A stretch of DNA of 60,561 nucleotides from an uncultured virus (IMG/VR IMGVR_UViG_3300043449_002525). Its lineage: Duplodnaviria; Heunggongvirae; Uroviricota; Caudoviricetes. Positions 53,483 through 60,561 of this stretch are shown here, one piece after another (the stretch's first letter is position 1; every line of letters begins with the position of its first letter). Location: the IMG/VR virus record IMGVR_UViG_3300043449_002525; one strand, given 5' to 3'. A model generated the notes under the pieces. The model worked only from the letters and a program-made list of their open reading frames with translations, ran no database searches and was not told the origin of the DNA. Made by a program: the position numbers and the translations under genes.

Positions 53483-54598
53483 ATGAAGTTCCTTAAGCAT
53501 GGTAATGCCTGGTCACTCACCCCCAACGCTCGGATGGATGTTCGAGACACATTGCCCGCAGGCAACTACACCGTCTGTAAGAACCCACTTACAGGCGAGT
53601 ACTTCCTGGAGGAGAGTGAGCGTTTCACTCTACCCCGAAAGCTCTACGGCAAGACTGAGCGGCACGGTGAGCGCATTCTCAGCTCCTTCAAGGGGCGCCA
53701 GCCCGGATCGCAGGTAGGTGTCTTTCTCAGCGGTACCAAGGGATCCGGTAAGACACTCCTCGCGAAGTATGTCGCGATCCAGTCGGGCCTCCCGGTAATT
53801 ATTGTCAATACACCCTACACGGACGAGCGCTTCATGCGCACCATCCAGGGCATCGAGCAGCCGGCTGTCGTCCTGTTTGATGAGTTCGAGAAGCTCTACA
53901 ACCAGGAAGATCAGGAGTCGATCCTCACCCTGTTCGATGGCGTTTACACGGCACAGAACAAGATCATGATCATCACCTGCAACGACAAGTGGGCAGTCCG
54001 TGAGTTCTTCCACAACCGCCCGTCTCGCCTCCGCTACTCGATCAACTTCGAGGGTCTCACAGCGGAGTTTGTGGAGGAGTACTGTGATGACCAGCTGCAG
54101 GACCGCAAGTACCTAAAGAGCATCCTCACCCTGCTCGGAACCACCGATGAGTTCAACTTCGACATGCTTCAGACACTGGTCGATGAGCTCAACCGTTGGG
54201 GTGGAGACTTCGAGGAGACGCTTGAGATCCTCAACGTGAAGCCTATCACCACCGCCCGGTCCAAGTGGACACTCAGCGTTGCGACACCCGACGAACCCAG
54301 TGCAAAGTGGAAAATCAGCTACGGAGAAACAGTGAGCCGCAGCCCGCTCATGTACATGCAGGTCGGTAAGCATGGCCACGGGTGCCTCGAGGTGGGTGTC
54401 AAGCGGATCGGTGATGACGATGATGACGACCTCGAGGAGATCGATCTTGGACTCCGCAGTGAGCACCTCTACAAGGTCGATCCCACGAGTGGAACGATGG
54501 TCCTCAAGATGTCGCAGCGAGGCCACAACTTCGTGGTCACCATTAAGGAGGAGAAGCTAGGCAATGGATGGAGCTTCTTCGACCGGGATGCATTCTGA
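53483..54598 (+). CDS. AAA+ ATPase
   Basis: Walker A GTKGSGKT, Walker B LFDEFEK, TCN, NRPSR. Confidence 0.88.
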   Translation: MKFLKHGNAWSLTPNARMDVRDTLPAGNYTVCKNPLTGEYFLEESERFTLPRKLYGKTERHGERILSSFKGRQPGSQVGVFLSGTKGSGKTLLAKYVAIQSGLPVIIVNTPYTDERFMRTIQGIEQPAVVLFDEFEKLYNQEDQESILTLFDGVYTAQNKIMIITCNDKWAVREFFHNRPSRLRYSINFEGLTAEFVEEYCDDQLQDRKYLKSILTLLGTTDEFNFDMLQTLVDELNRWGGDFEETLEILNVKPITTARSKWTLSVATPDEPSAKWKISYGETVSRSPLMYMQVGKHGHGCLEVGVKRIGDDDDDDLEEIDLGLRSEHLYKVDPTSGTMVLKMSQRGHNFVVTIKEEKLGNGWSFFDRDAF

Positions 54599-54789
54599 TG
54601 GGCAAGATGGTGACACACGCGATCACCGTCAAAGGGATCGTCTACGGCACGATGCACGTCACATGCTCAGAGGATGAGCACCGTCCTGAGAAGCTGGGTG
54701 ACGAGGTCGAGTGGGATTGGGATAACGTCGAGATGGTCGAAGTCGTCGATAGTGAGATCATTGACGGGTGGGAAGAAGATCCTGAATAG
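54598..54789 (+). CDS. Small acidic hypothetical protein
   Basis: TGATG coupling at 54598. Confidence 0.6.
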   Translation: MGKMVTHAITVKGIVYGTMHVTCSEDEHRPEKLGDEVEWDWDNVEMVEVVDSEIIDGWEEDPE

Positions 54790-54800
54790 GAGAGCCTGAC

Positions 54801-55043
54801 ATGAAGGCAGGCGACATCGTCAAGCTGAACAGCTGGTTTCATCAAACTGTCTCAGTATTCCCAGAGCCCAATCCACAGACAACGATTGGTGACATTGAGT
54901 ATCCAAGAGGGACGATTGCACTAATTCTCGAGGTTCTCGACAGTCACGAAGATGACGGCCCAAGCATGAACACGTACATGCGTGTTCTTGTCGGAGGAAA
55001 GGTGGGTTATGTCCGTGCATATTCCTGTGAGGAGATCAAGTGA
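54801..55043 (+). CDS. Small SH3/KOW-like protein (MKAGDIV)
   Basis: SD AGGAGAG; GDIV...ALILEV...RVLVGGKVGYV. Confidence 0.75.
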   Translation: MKAGDIVKLNSWFHQTVSVFPEPNPQTTIGDIEYPRGTIALILEVLDSHEDDGPSMNTYMRVLVGGKVGYVRAYSCEEIK

Positions 55044-55255
55044 ACGTGGGTGACCTGGTCAAGTTCTGGACACCTGCGGTCCCAAAGGGCCTGCAACACA
55101 ATGGGATCATCATAGGCGTCACTCACGAGAATGTGGGTGGCCTGAAGATGGGTAGCATGTATCATGTTCTCACATCCCGTGGGCACATTGTGACAATGAC
55201 TGTGGGTGGCCTGGAGCTCGTGTCACCCGTGCAAGACGACTCGACTGTGGTATGA
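55040..55255 (+). CDS. Small SH3/KOW-like protein (MNVGDLV)
   Basis: GDLV...GIIIGV...YHVL...LELV. Confidence 0.75.
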   Translation: MNVGDLVKFWTPAVPKGLQHNGIIIGVTHENVGGLKMGSMYHVLTSRGHIVTMTVGGLELVSPVQDDSTVV

Positions 55256-55256
55256 T
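55226..55256 (+). promoter_or_regulatory. CCCGTG-type promoter with extended -10
   Basis: CCCGTGCAA...TGTGG-TATGAT. Confidence 0.65.
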
Positions 55257-55275
55257 GTAGCTGTGAGGAGAGGCA

Positions 55276-55476
55276 ATGAAGCCCGGTGACCTTGTGCAAT
55301 ACACTCTACGACGACGAGGTTCGACTGCGCCCTACCCAATCGGGATCCTGCTTGAGATCCGGCCTAAGTCGCATCCACTCATTCGGGAACGCGAGCACGA
55401 CTACATCGTCCTGATCGGTGGCGAGACACGAACTACGACACGACGATATCTAAAACCGATCGAAGAGGCACAATGA
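55276..55476 (+). CDS. Small SH3/KOW-like protein (MKPGDLV)
   Basis: SD GAGGAGAGG; GDLV...GILLEI...YIVLIGG...LKPI. Confidence 0.75.
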   Translation: MKPGDLVQYTLRRRGSTAPYPIGILLEIRPKSHPLIREREHDYIVLIGGETRTTTRRYLKPIEEAQ

Positions 55477-56147
55477 AGATCTGGCATTTGAGCGACACTC
55501 ACATGAACCACGACCAGCTCGTCATTCCCGATGGTATCGACATGGTGATCCACAGCGGAGACGCCTCGAACTGGCGTGACCCGTACCGTAACGAGTCAGA
55601 ACTTCGTGCCTTCATCGACTGGTTTGCTACCCTGTCGATTCCCCACAAGATCTTCGTCCCAGGCAATCACGACACGTCCCTCGAGAAGGGTCTCATCACC
55701 CGCGATCTGATCGAGCACCGTGGGATCCATCTCCTCATCAGCGAGGAGAAGACGATCGAGGGGCTGCGGATCTGGGGAAGCCCATTCACGCCACGCTACG
55801 GTGACTGGTCATACATGCGGGACCGTGGGACGATCAACCGGCTCTGGGATGAGATTCCGGAAGGCCTCGACATCCTCATCACGCACGGCCCGCCCTACGG
55901 CGTCCTCGACGCAACCTACACCCAACACAACAAGGTGGAGCTCGTGGGTTGCAGTGCGCTTCGGAAGCGTGTCGCCAAGGTCCCACCCCGGTTCATGCTC
56001 TTCGGGCACGTCCACTCAACGGATGACATCCGCAATGCGGGAACCCGAACGGTGAGCGAACTTCCTACGATCTTCAGCAACGGGTCCTGTTGCGACGACG
56101 GTCGAATGGGTGTGGTGACGAGCCACGGGAATGTAATGGAGATCTGA
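55473..56147 (+). CDS. Calcineurin-like metallophosphoesterase (MPPED/239FB-like)
   Basis: SDTH, HSGD, GNHD, THGPP, FGHVH. Confidence 0.9.
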   Translation: MKIWHLSDTHMNHDQLVIPDGIDMVIHSGDASNWRDPYRNESELRAFIDWFATLSIPHKIFVPGNHDTSLEKGLITRDLIEHRGIHLLISEEKTIEGLRIWGSPFTPRYGDWSYMRDRGTINRLWDEIPEGLDILITHGPPYGVLDATYTQHNKVELVGCSALRKRVAKVPPRFMLFGHVHSTDDIRNAGTRTVSELPTIFSNGSCCDDGRMGVVTSHGNVMEI

Positions 56148-56156
56148 GTGGTTAAA

Positions 56157-56188
56157 CCCGTGCAACCCGACTCGCCATAGGGTACAAT
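56157..56188 (+). promoter_or_regulatory. CCCGTG-type promoter heading the small-gene array (leaderless)
   Basis: CCCGTGCAA-17bp-TACAAT; ATG 6 nt downstream. Confidence 0.65.
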
Positions 56189-56194
56189 TCTACC

Positions 56195-56581
56195 ATGGTC
56201 AAGAAAGGCTACACTGCGATTCCCAGGTTCACCCGCGCTATTGCATGGAAGGGCCGACGTTGTAACAAGAACAGGGTGCGCATCTTCCCTGGGACCGCGG
56301 GCATTGTAGTAGGTGTGAGCTACTCTCGGGGTTACAACTGGCCCAGAGCTGACATTGAGGGTGTGATCCACACGCTTCATCCCTGGGACTGGGAATTCAC
56401 GTCTATCCGGGTGGGCGAGCTCCGACGCTGGAAGGACACCTACGCGAAGTATGCGTTACCGTTTCTTGTCACCAGGATTGTGAGTCTCGTGACATGTGAA
56501 TGTCTCGGCGATGGGAATGTGTTTGGAACATCCTGCAAGTTTCTTGAGGACAACTCGGAGGTGATCAGTGAAACCGGGTGA
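56195..56581 (+). CDS. Hypothetical protein, two SH3-like halves; first gene of the array operon
   Basis: Internal IRVGEL; ends EVISETG* at the first junction. Confidence 0.6.
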   Translation: MVKKGYTAIPRFTRAIAWKGRRCNKNRVRIFPGTAGIVVGVSYSRGYNWPRADIEGVIHTLHPWDWEFTSIRVGELRRWKDTYAKYALPFLVTRIVSLVTCECLGDGNVFGTSCKFLEDNSEVISETG

Positions 56582-56786
56582 CCTCGTCAAACTCAGAGAT
56601 TGCATCCGCTACACGGGCATCGACACGGCTGACGGTCGATTCTTCGATGTCCCGGGCGGTGCAGTCGGCGTCTACATGGGAATTGACACAGATCGAGAGT
56701 ACAACATCTATGACCTGGTCCTCACTAAGGGCAGGTTGGTGAAATGCGCCCGGAGCGTCTGGAGTGTCCTCGATGAAACCCGGTGA
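56568..56786 (+). CDS. Array cassette 1, SH3/KOW-like (MKPGDLVKL)
   Basis: GTG start in junction; ends VLDETR*. Confidence 0.75.
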   Translation: MKPGDLVKLRDCIRYTGIDTADGRFFDVPGGAVGVYMGIDTDREYNIYDLVLTKGRLVKCARSVWSVLDETR

Positions 56787-56970
56787 CCTTGCCCGTCTCA
56801 AGGATATCGGCATCCACAGCGGAGAGATTGTGATGATAGTCAAGGTGCATCCCTGGCGTGATACTCCAAATGCCTTCGGTTCGTGGGCGACAGTTGACTT
56901 CATGTTCGACGGTCAAGTCGTTGAAGAATGTGACTCGAGCTTCCTGGAGGTGATCGATGAACCTGGGTGA
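56773..56970 (+). CDS. Array cassette 2 (MKPGDLARL)
   Basis: Ends EVIDEPG*. Confidence 0.75.
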   Translation: MKPGDLARLKDIGIHSGEIVMIVKVHPWRDTPNAFGSWATVDFMFDGQVVEECDSSFLEVIDEPG

Positions 56971-57184
56971 TCTTGTCAAGCTCGATATTCCCGGCCAGCG
57001 TGCTCACGGAAAGATCGGCATGGTCGTGGGCAAGGAGCTAAAAGCCACCTACGATTGGATGCGGGACCACATGGGTCAACCTGTCAAGTCTTTCAGCTAC
57101 GAGGTCATGGTTGGAACCGAAGTCTGGCGAGTGGGTTATAATGAACTCCTAGAGGAAACGGAGTGGGACGATGAAGCGCGGTGA
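56957..57184 (+). CDS. Array cassette 3 (MNLGDLVKL)
   Basis: Ends WDDEAR*. Confidence 0.75.
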   Translation: MNLGDLVKLDIPGQRAHGKIGMVVGKELKATYDWMRDHMGQPVKSFSYEVMVGTEVWRVGYNELLEETEWDDEAR

Positions 57185-57419
57185 TCTCGTTATCCTGACA
57201 AACTGTAACACTAGGTTCGAGGGTTCGTACGGTTACGAATTCGGTTGTAATCCCAAAGGTGACTTAACGCTAAAAGACGAAGTCTGGGTTCCAAACGGAA
57301 CTATCGGAATGTACTGTGAGGATCCCAAGGACGACGGAGGAAAGTTCGGTGTCCTCGTCCACGGCCGCCTCCTCTGGTTCGACCAGATCGATTCGAGGGT
57401 CATCGATGAAACCGGGTGA
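57171..57419 (+). CDS. Array cassette 4 (MKRGDLVIL)
   Basis: Ends RVIDETG*. Confidence 0.75.
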   Translation: MKRGDLVILTNCNTRFEGSYGYEFGCNPKGDLTLKDEVWVPNGTIGMYCEDPKDDGGKFGVLVHGRLLWFDQIDSRVIDETG

Positions 57420-57597
57420 TCTCGTCAGAATTAGAAGCGTTCTCAAGAACTCCTGGCACCTCTACGATAATGTCGGTATACTGGTCGAGATCAAGGAAGA
57501 GGGGCTTCTTGCGAACCCGAACGTCGTCCTCATTCACGGCCAGTTGCTTCAGTTCAATACATACGATCTTGAGCTTGTAAATGATGGTGATCGATGA
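57406..57597 (+). CDS. Array cassette 5 (MKPGDLVRI)
   Basis: Ends LELVNDGDR*. Confidence 0.75.
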   Translation: MKPGDLVRIRSVLKNSWHLYDNVGILVEIKEEGLLANPNVVLIHGQLLQFNTYDLELVNDGDR

Positions 57598-57788
57598 AAC
57601 CCGGTGACATCGTCCGTTTCAAGAGCGGCACGCCCATCTTCAAGCGTCAGGGTGAGACACTCGCGCTCATCACTCGGGTCGTTCCCCTGGATGAAGGAAG
57701 AACAACTTACCTCTTTCTTCTCATGCCTACCGGCGAAGTGAAGGCGAGAAGGATCGAGGATGTCGAGGTGGTCATTGAAGCCGGGTGA
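57594..57788 (+). CDS. Array cassette 6 (MKPGDIVRF)
   Basis: Ends EVVIEAG*. Confidence 0.75.
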   Translation: MKPGDIVRFKSGTPIFKRQGETLALITRVVPLDEGRTTYLFLLMPTGEVKARRIEDVEVVIEAG

Positions 57789-58008
57789 TCTGGTCATCGC
57801 GAAGGCAGCCAAGGCCAAGCGACGGGATCCACCTCCTGCAATCATGCTCTACAACTGGAGGACGAATGTCTACCACCCGTGGAAGAACGGAAATCTGGGA
57901 ATGATCATCGATCTCGACCCGAAGACGGAAGGTGTGATCGTCATGGCTGACGGGAACGTGGGCTGGGTGTCACAGGTGATCATCGAGGTGACTGATGAAA
58001 CCGGGTGA
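57775..58008 (+). CDS. Array cassette 7 (TTG start, MKPGDLVIA)
   Basis: SD GAGGTGG; ends EVTDETG*. Confidence 0.75.
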   Translation: MKPGDLVIAKAAKAKRRDPPPAIMLYNWRTNVYHPWKNGNLGMIIDLDPKTEGVIVMADGNVGWVSQVIIEVTDETG

Positions 58009-58243
58009 TCTTGTCACAATCCGCAGGATGAACCTCTCCAATACAGCTCGCATCGCCTACATCGAAGTCTACGATAGGTACGACCACATCGCAGTCCCCC
58101 ACAAAAAGAAGTGGGAACACGGTGAGATCGGCGTTCTCCTTGAGGGGCGGGACGACAAGCGGGAGATGGTCCAAGTCCTCCACTGCGGTCAGGTAGGGTG
58201 GGTCGACGAAGAGATGCTGCGGGTGATCGATGAAACCGGGTGA
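57995..58243 (+). CDS. Array cassette 8 (MKPGDLVTI)
   Basis: Ends RVIDETG*. Confidence 0.75.
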   Translation: MKPGDLVTIRRMNLSNTARIAYIEVYDRYDHIAVPHKKKWEHGEIGVLLEGRDDKREMVQVLHCGQVGWVDEEMLRVIDETG

Positions 58244-58421
58244 TCTCTGCATGATCGTGCATCCTGCCAGGCGTGAGTGGAGCGACTCTGGCGTCTGCAT
58301 GATCCTCAGGCCCGTCAGTCATGAGGACGGCATCGACATCTACTCACACTGCGACTGGTGGGTCATGTGGGACGGGCGTGAGACGGCCTGGGCAAAGACG
58401 GACCTGGAGCCGATCGAATGA
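58230..58421 (+). CDS. Array cassette 9 (MKPGDLCMI)
   Basis: Ends DLEPIE*. Confidence 0.75.
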   Translation: MKPGDLCMIVHPARREWSDSGVCMILRPVSHEDGIDIYSHCDWWVMWDGRETAWAKTDLEPIE

Positions 58422-58708
58422 ACTTCTTTCACAGGGTCTATCGCTGGCTCTACGTCTTCATCAAAGGTCACCTGCCGCTAGGCACACTCGTCCAGTTCAA
58501 GCCGAGAATCGGATTTGACGGGAAGATCTTCTGGCGGTCCTCAGGCGTCCCGAGGCGCAACTCAATCGGGATGGTGATCGATGGGTGGCGCAAGAACGTG
58601 CATCCGATGCCGCCAGGTGTGATCAACAAGGGAAGCGTCGTGCTCTTCGACGGTGCGCGATACGAGATGTTTCATTGGGAACTTGAGCCCATCGATGAAC
58701 CCGTGTAA
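58418..58708 (+). CDS. SH3/KOW-like protein with N-terminal extension, last gene of the array operon
   Basis: LGTLVQF...IGMVID...VLFDG...ELEPIDE. Confidence 0.65.
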   Translation: MNFFHRVYRWLYVFIKGHLPLGTLVQFKPRIGFDGKIFWRSSGVPRRNSIGMVIDGWRKNVHPMPPGVINKGSVVLFDGARYEMFHWELEPIDEPV

Positions 58709-58731
58709 ATGGGCGCGACCTGTGGTACAAT
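58700..58731 (+). promoter_or_regulatory. CCCGTG-type promoter with extended -10
   Basis: CCCGTGTAA-17bp-TACAAT preceded by TGTGG. Confidence 0.7.
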
Positions 58732-58750
58732 TGTCTCATAAGGAGGCGAC

Positions 58751-59179
58751 CTGGGCACGAACTACTACAGTGTGAAGCGCGGATTCGACTACGAGTCCAT
58801 CGACTCCTTCTGGGATGTCCGGGGCACTGAGGACTGCATCCACATCGGGAAGAGCTCCGGCGGCTGGTGCTTCAGCCTCCACGTTGTGCCCGAGATGGGT
58901 ATCAACACCTACGAGGACTGGGTCCGCATGTTCATCGATCCCGACCGGATCATCATGGATGAGTACGGTGAAGTGGTCCCGTTCACTGCAATGATCTCGA
59001 AGATCACAGCCCGGCGAGGCAACATCAACAAGCCTCCCACCCCCGAGTTCTTGGAGAACAACCACGCTGAACCGGGGCCCAACGGGCTCGTCCGTCACAG
59101 GATCGAGTTCTTTGAGGACGGGGGCTGTGTGGGTCATGGCGAGGGCACGTATGATTACATTTCAGGCGATTTCAGCTGA
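58751..59179 (+). CDS. Phage hypothetical protein (MGTNYY...HIGKSSGGW type), probable CTG start
   Basis: AAGGAGG 4 nt before an in-frame CTG-GGC-ACG-AAC-TAC-TAC. Confidence 0.7.
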   Translation: MGTNYYSVKRGFDYESIDSFWDVRGTEDCIHIGKSSGGWCFSLHVVPEMGINTYEDWVRMFIDPDRIIMDEYGEVVPFTAMISKITARRGNINKPPTPEFLENNHAEPGPNGLVRHRIEFFEDGGCVGHGEGTYDYISGDFS

Positions 59180-59188
59180 GGAGTAGGA

Positions 59189-59422
59189 ATGAAGATCACA
59201 CGAAAGACAAACAAATCTACCACACCGTGGGATTACGTTGGAGTCGGTCAGACATTCGTAGAAAGGCCCGGTGGGACCGTCTTCCTCAAGACCTCCGAGT
59301 TCTTTGAGCAGCAAATGGGCGATCACTACAACTCGGTCAACCTCGAGACGGGTGAGCTTGTGGGCTTCATGACGGATTGTTATGTCCTCATCGTCAAGTC
59401 TGAACTTATGGTCGAGGAGTGA
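59189..59422 (+). CDS. Hypothetical protein
   Basis: SD GAGGAG; 77 aa. Confidence 0.7.
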   Translation: MKITRKTNKSTTPWDYVGVGQTFVERPGGTVFLKTSEFFEQQMGDHYNSVNLETGELVGFMTDCYVLIVKSELMVEE

Positions 59423-59718
59423 ACATGATCGATAATGAATATCCGCTCAATGATCCGCGCTTTGCTCCCCCGCGTGAAGACGACTTCAACGCCCTGGTCG
59501 CTGAGGTGGAGAAGCTGCGCGCCGAGCGTGACCACTTCCGTGAAGCGTGGGCAGCGGCACAGGCGCGGTTGGACTGCGGTGTGGATGCTGCGAACGCTGT
59601 TCGAGAGGATCGTGCCGCTCTCATCCGGTGGCTGGGCCTCCCTCCGCAAACGTACCTCGACGGCTACCTGCTCGTCGGTTCCATCGAACGCGGCGAGCAC
59701 CGCAAGGAGACTAAGTGA
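59419..59718 (+). CDS. Hypothetical protein
   Basis: SD GAGGAG; ALVAEVEKLRAE coiled coil. Confidence 0.65.
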   Translation: MNMIDNEYPLNDPRFAPPREDDFNALVAEVEKLRAERDHFREAWAAAQARLDCGVDAANAVREDRAALIRWLGLPPQTYLDGYLLVGSIERGEHRKETK

Positions 59719-60014
59719 AAATCGAGATTGGCAAGACTGATGTGTCTCCATTCCTCTGGCTCCAGAACGAGGTCGAACGGGTCCTCATCGCCGAGACCCT
59801 ACGTCGAGCAATCGAGAAGGGCGACCTTGAGAAGGGATCAGAGTTTCTATATCGGGAAGCAGTTGATGCGGAATACGGCGGGATCACCGTAACGCATACG
59901 ATAGTGCAGCCAGGAGCTGGTGTATGGCGCTACGATGACGTGAGACACGAGACCTACACGTTGGCGGAAGCCTTGAGACTCTGCATGAATGAGAACATCA
60001 AGGAGAACACATGA
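59715..60014 (+). CDS. Hypothetical protein
   Basis: SD AAGGAG; GTGA coupling. Confidence 0.65.
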   Translation: MKIEIGKTDVSPFLWLQNEVERVLIAETLRRAIEKGDLEKGSEFLYREAVDAEYGGITVTHTIVQPGAGVWRYDDVRHETYTLAEALRLCMNENIKENT

Positions 60015-60223
60015 GAAACTGGGGACAGATCGACCTGAATGACGTTCGTGATGAGGACATCCAGGATCGTGACAAGGCGATCATCGAGCTCTGGGATGTT
60101 CTCGAACGGTATTACACGATGGTGAACGCGACACGATACCCAGGTACCAGAGATGAATCACATCCTGTGCTCGACAAGTATCGTCGGTTTGTAAATGAGA
60201 ATAGAGCCAATTATGGTTTGTAG
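60011..60223 (+). CDS. Hypothetical protein
   Basis: SD AAGGAG; ATGA coupling. Confidence 0.65.
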   Translation: MRNWGQIDLNDVRDEDIQDRDKAIIELWDVLERYYTMVNATRYPGTRDESHPVLDKYRRFVNENRANYGL

Positions 60224-60235
60224 GAAGGAGAACCC

Positions 60236-60561
60236 ATGAGCCAGGACATTGAGATCGATCCCGATTCCCGGACAATCAAGTATTATGATAATCGGACCGA
60301 GCAGTCTATTCGAGAACATGTCGATTCCGGCGGACGAGTGCTCAGCTGTGAGCAGGTGCGTGTTCTCCTTTATGAGATCGATCGTCTTCGAATGCTTGTC
60401 CCACCTGAGTCCGAGCGTGGTCCCGGTGTCATTGGACAGGGGAGTTGGTCAGTCTTTGCGGAGAAGGTGGTGGAGGAGCGCGATGCTGCCCGAGAGGGTA
60501 TGAAGCAACTTCTCGCGGAGAAGATTGAACTTAGGGATGAACTGAATGGTCTATGTGAGGA
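60236..60561 (+). CDS. Hypothetical protein, 3'-truncated by window (MSQDIEIDPDSRT...)
   Basis: SD AAGGAG; frame open to the window end. Confidence 0.65.
   Translation, partial: MSQDIEIDPDSRTIKYYDNRTEQSIREHVDSGGRVLSCEQVRVLLYEIDRLRMLVPPESERGPGVIGQGSWSVFAEKVVEERDAAREGMKQLLAEKIELRDELNGLCE

Larger units (their letters stand above)
56558..58246 (+). repeat. Nine copies of a ~27-bp dual-coding junction (consensus GAGGTGATCG-ATGAAACCGGGTGA-TCT) separating small genes
   Basis: Start codons at 56568, 56773, 56957, 57171, 57406, 57594, 57775, 57995, 58230. Confidence 0.85.

Noticed and set aside
56558..58246. Regularly spaced ~27-bp repeats as a CRISPR array or integron attC sites
   Set aside because: Spacing is about 180-235 bp and each interval is a full ORF. 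The repeats are degenerate, protein-coding and not palindromic, and no cas or integrase gene is in the window.
1..60561. Genome-wide stop-codon reassignment (as in some jumbo phages)
   Set aside because: TAA, TAG and TGA all end clearly recognisable full-length genes (TAG ends clpP, TGA ends groEL, TAA ends dnaE), and coding density is high under the standard code.

Overview
This window is almost certainly part of a large (jumbo/huge) tailed dsDNA phage genome. It holds about 110 densely packed genes, all but one on the + strand, and I found no rRNA, tRNA or CRISPR. Recognisable content: (i) replication and nucleotide metabolism (class II RNR C-terminus, ThyX, DnaE, thymidine kinase, dCMP deaminase, 5'-3' exonuclease, DinG-like helicase); (ii) unusual pyrimidine enzymes suggesting a modified base (Cys-variant ThyX paralogue, dNMP kinase fused to a dCMP-type thymidylate synthase domain, two all-alpha NTP pyrophosphatases, HAD nucleotidase, deoxyribosyltransferase, two SDR sugar epimerases, MBD4-like glycosylase); (iii) chaperone and stress genes (ClpP, J-domain, GroEL, Hsp20, SOD, Dps); (iv) transcription genes (a sigma-70 whose region 4.2 appears to sit on a separate adjacent gene, GreA); (v) virion proteins, many sharing an LRRII(R)-type helix, and a chitosanase-fold endolysin; (vi) at 56.5-58.4 kb, a tandem array of nine small SH3/KOW-like genes joined by a conserved dual-coding DNA junction (GAGGTGATCGATGAAACCGGGTGATCT), including an apparent empty-cassette scar. 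Regulatory features read from the sequence: leaderless sigma70-type promoters, a GATANNTA late-type motif, and promoters embedded in RBS-occluding hairpins. All functional calls come from motif recognition by eye; no database searches were run.
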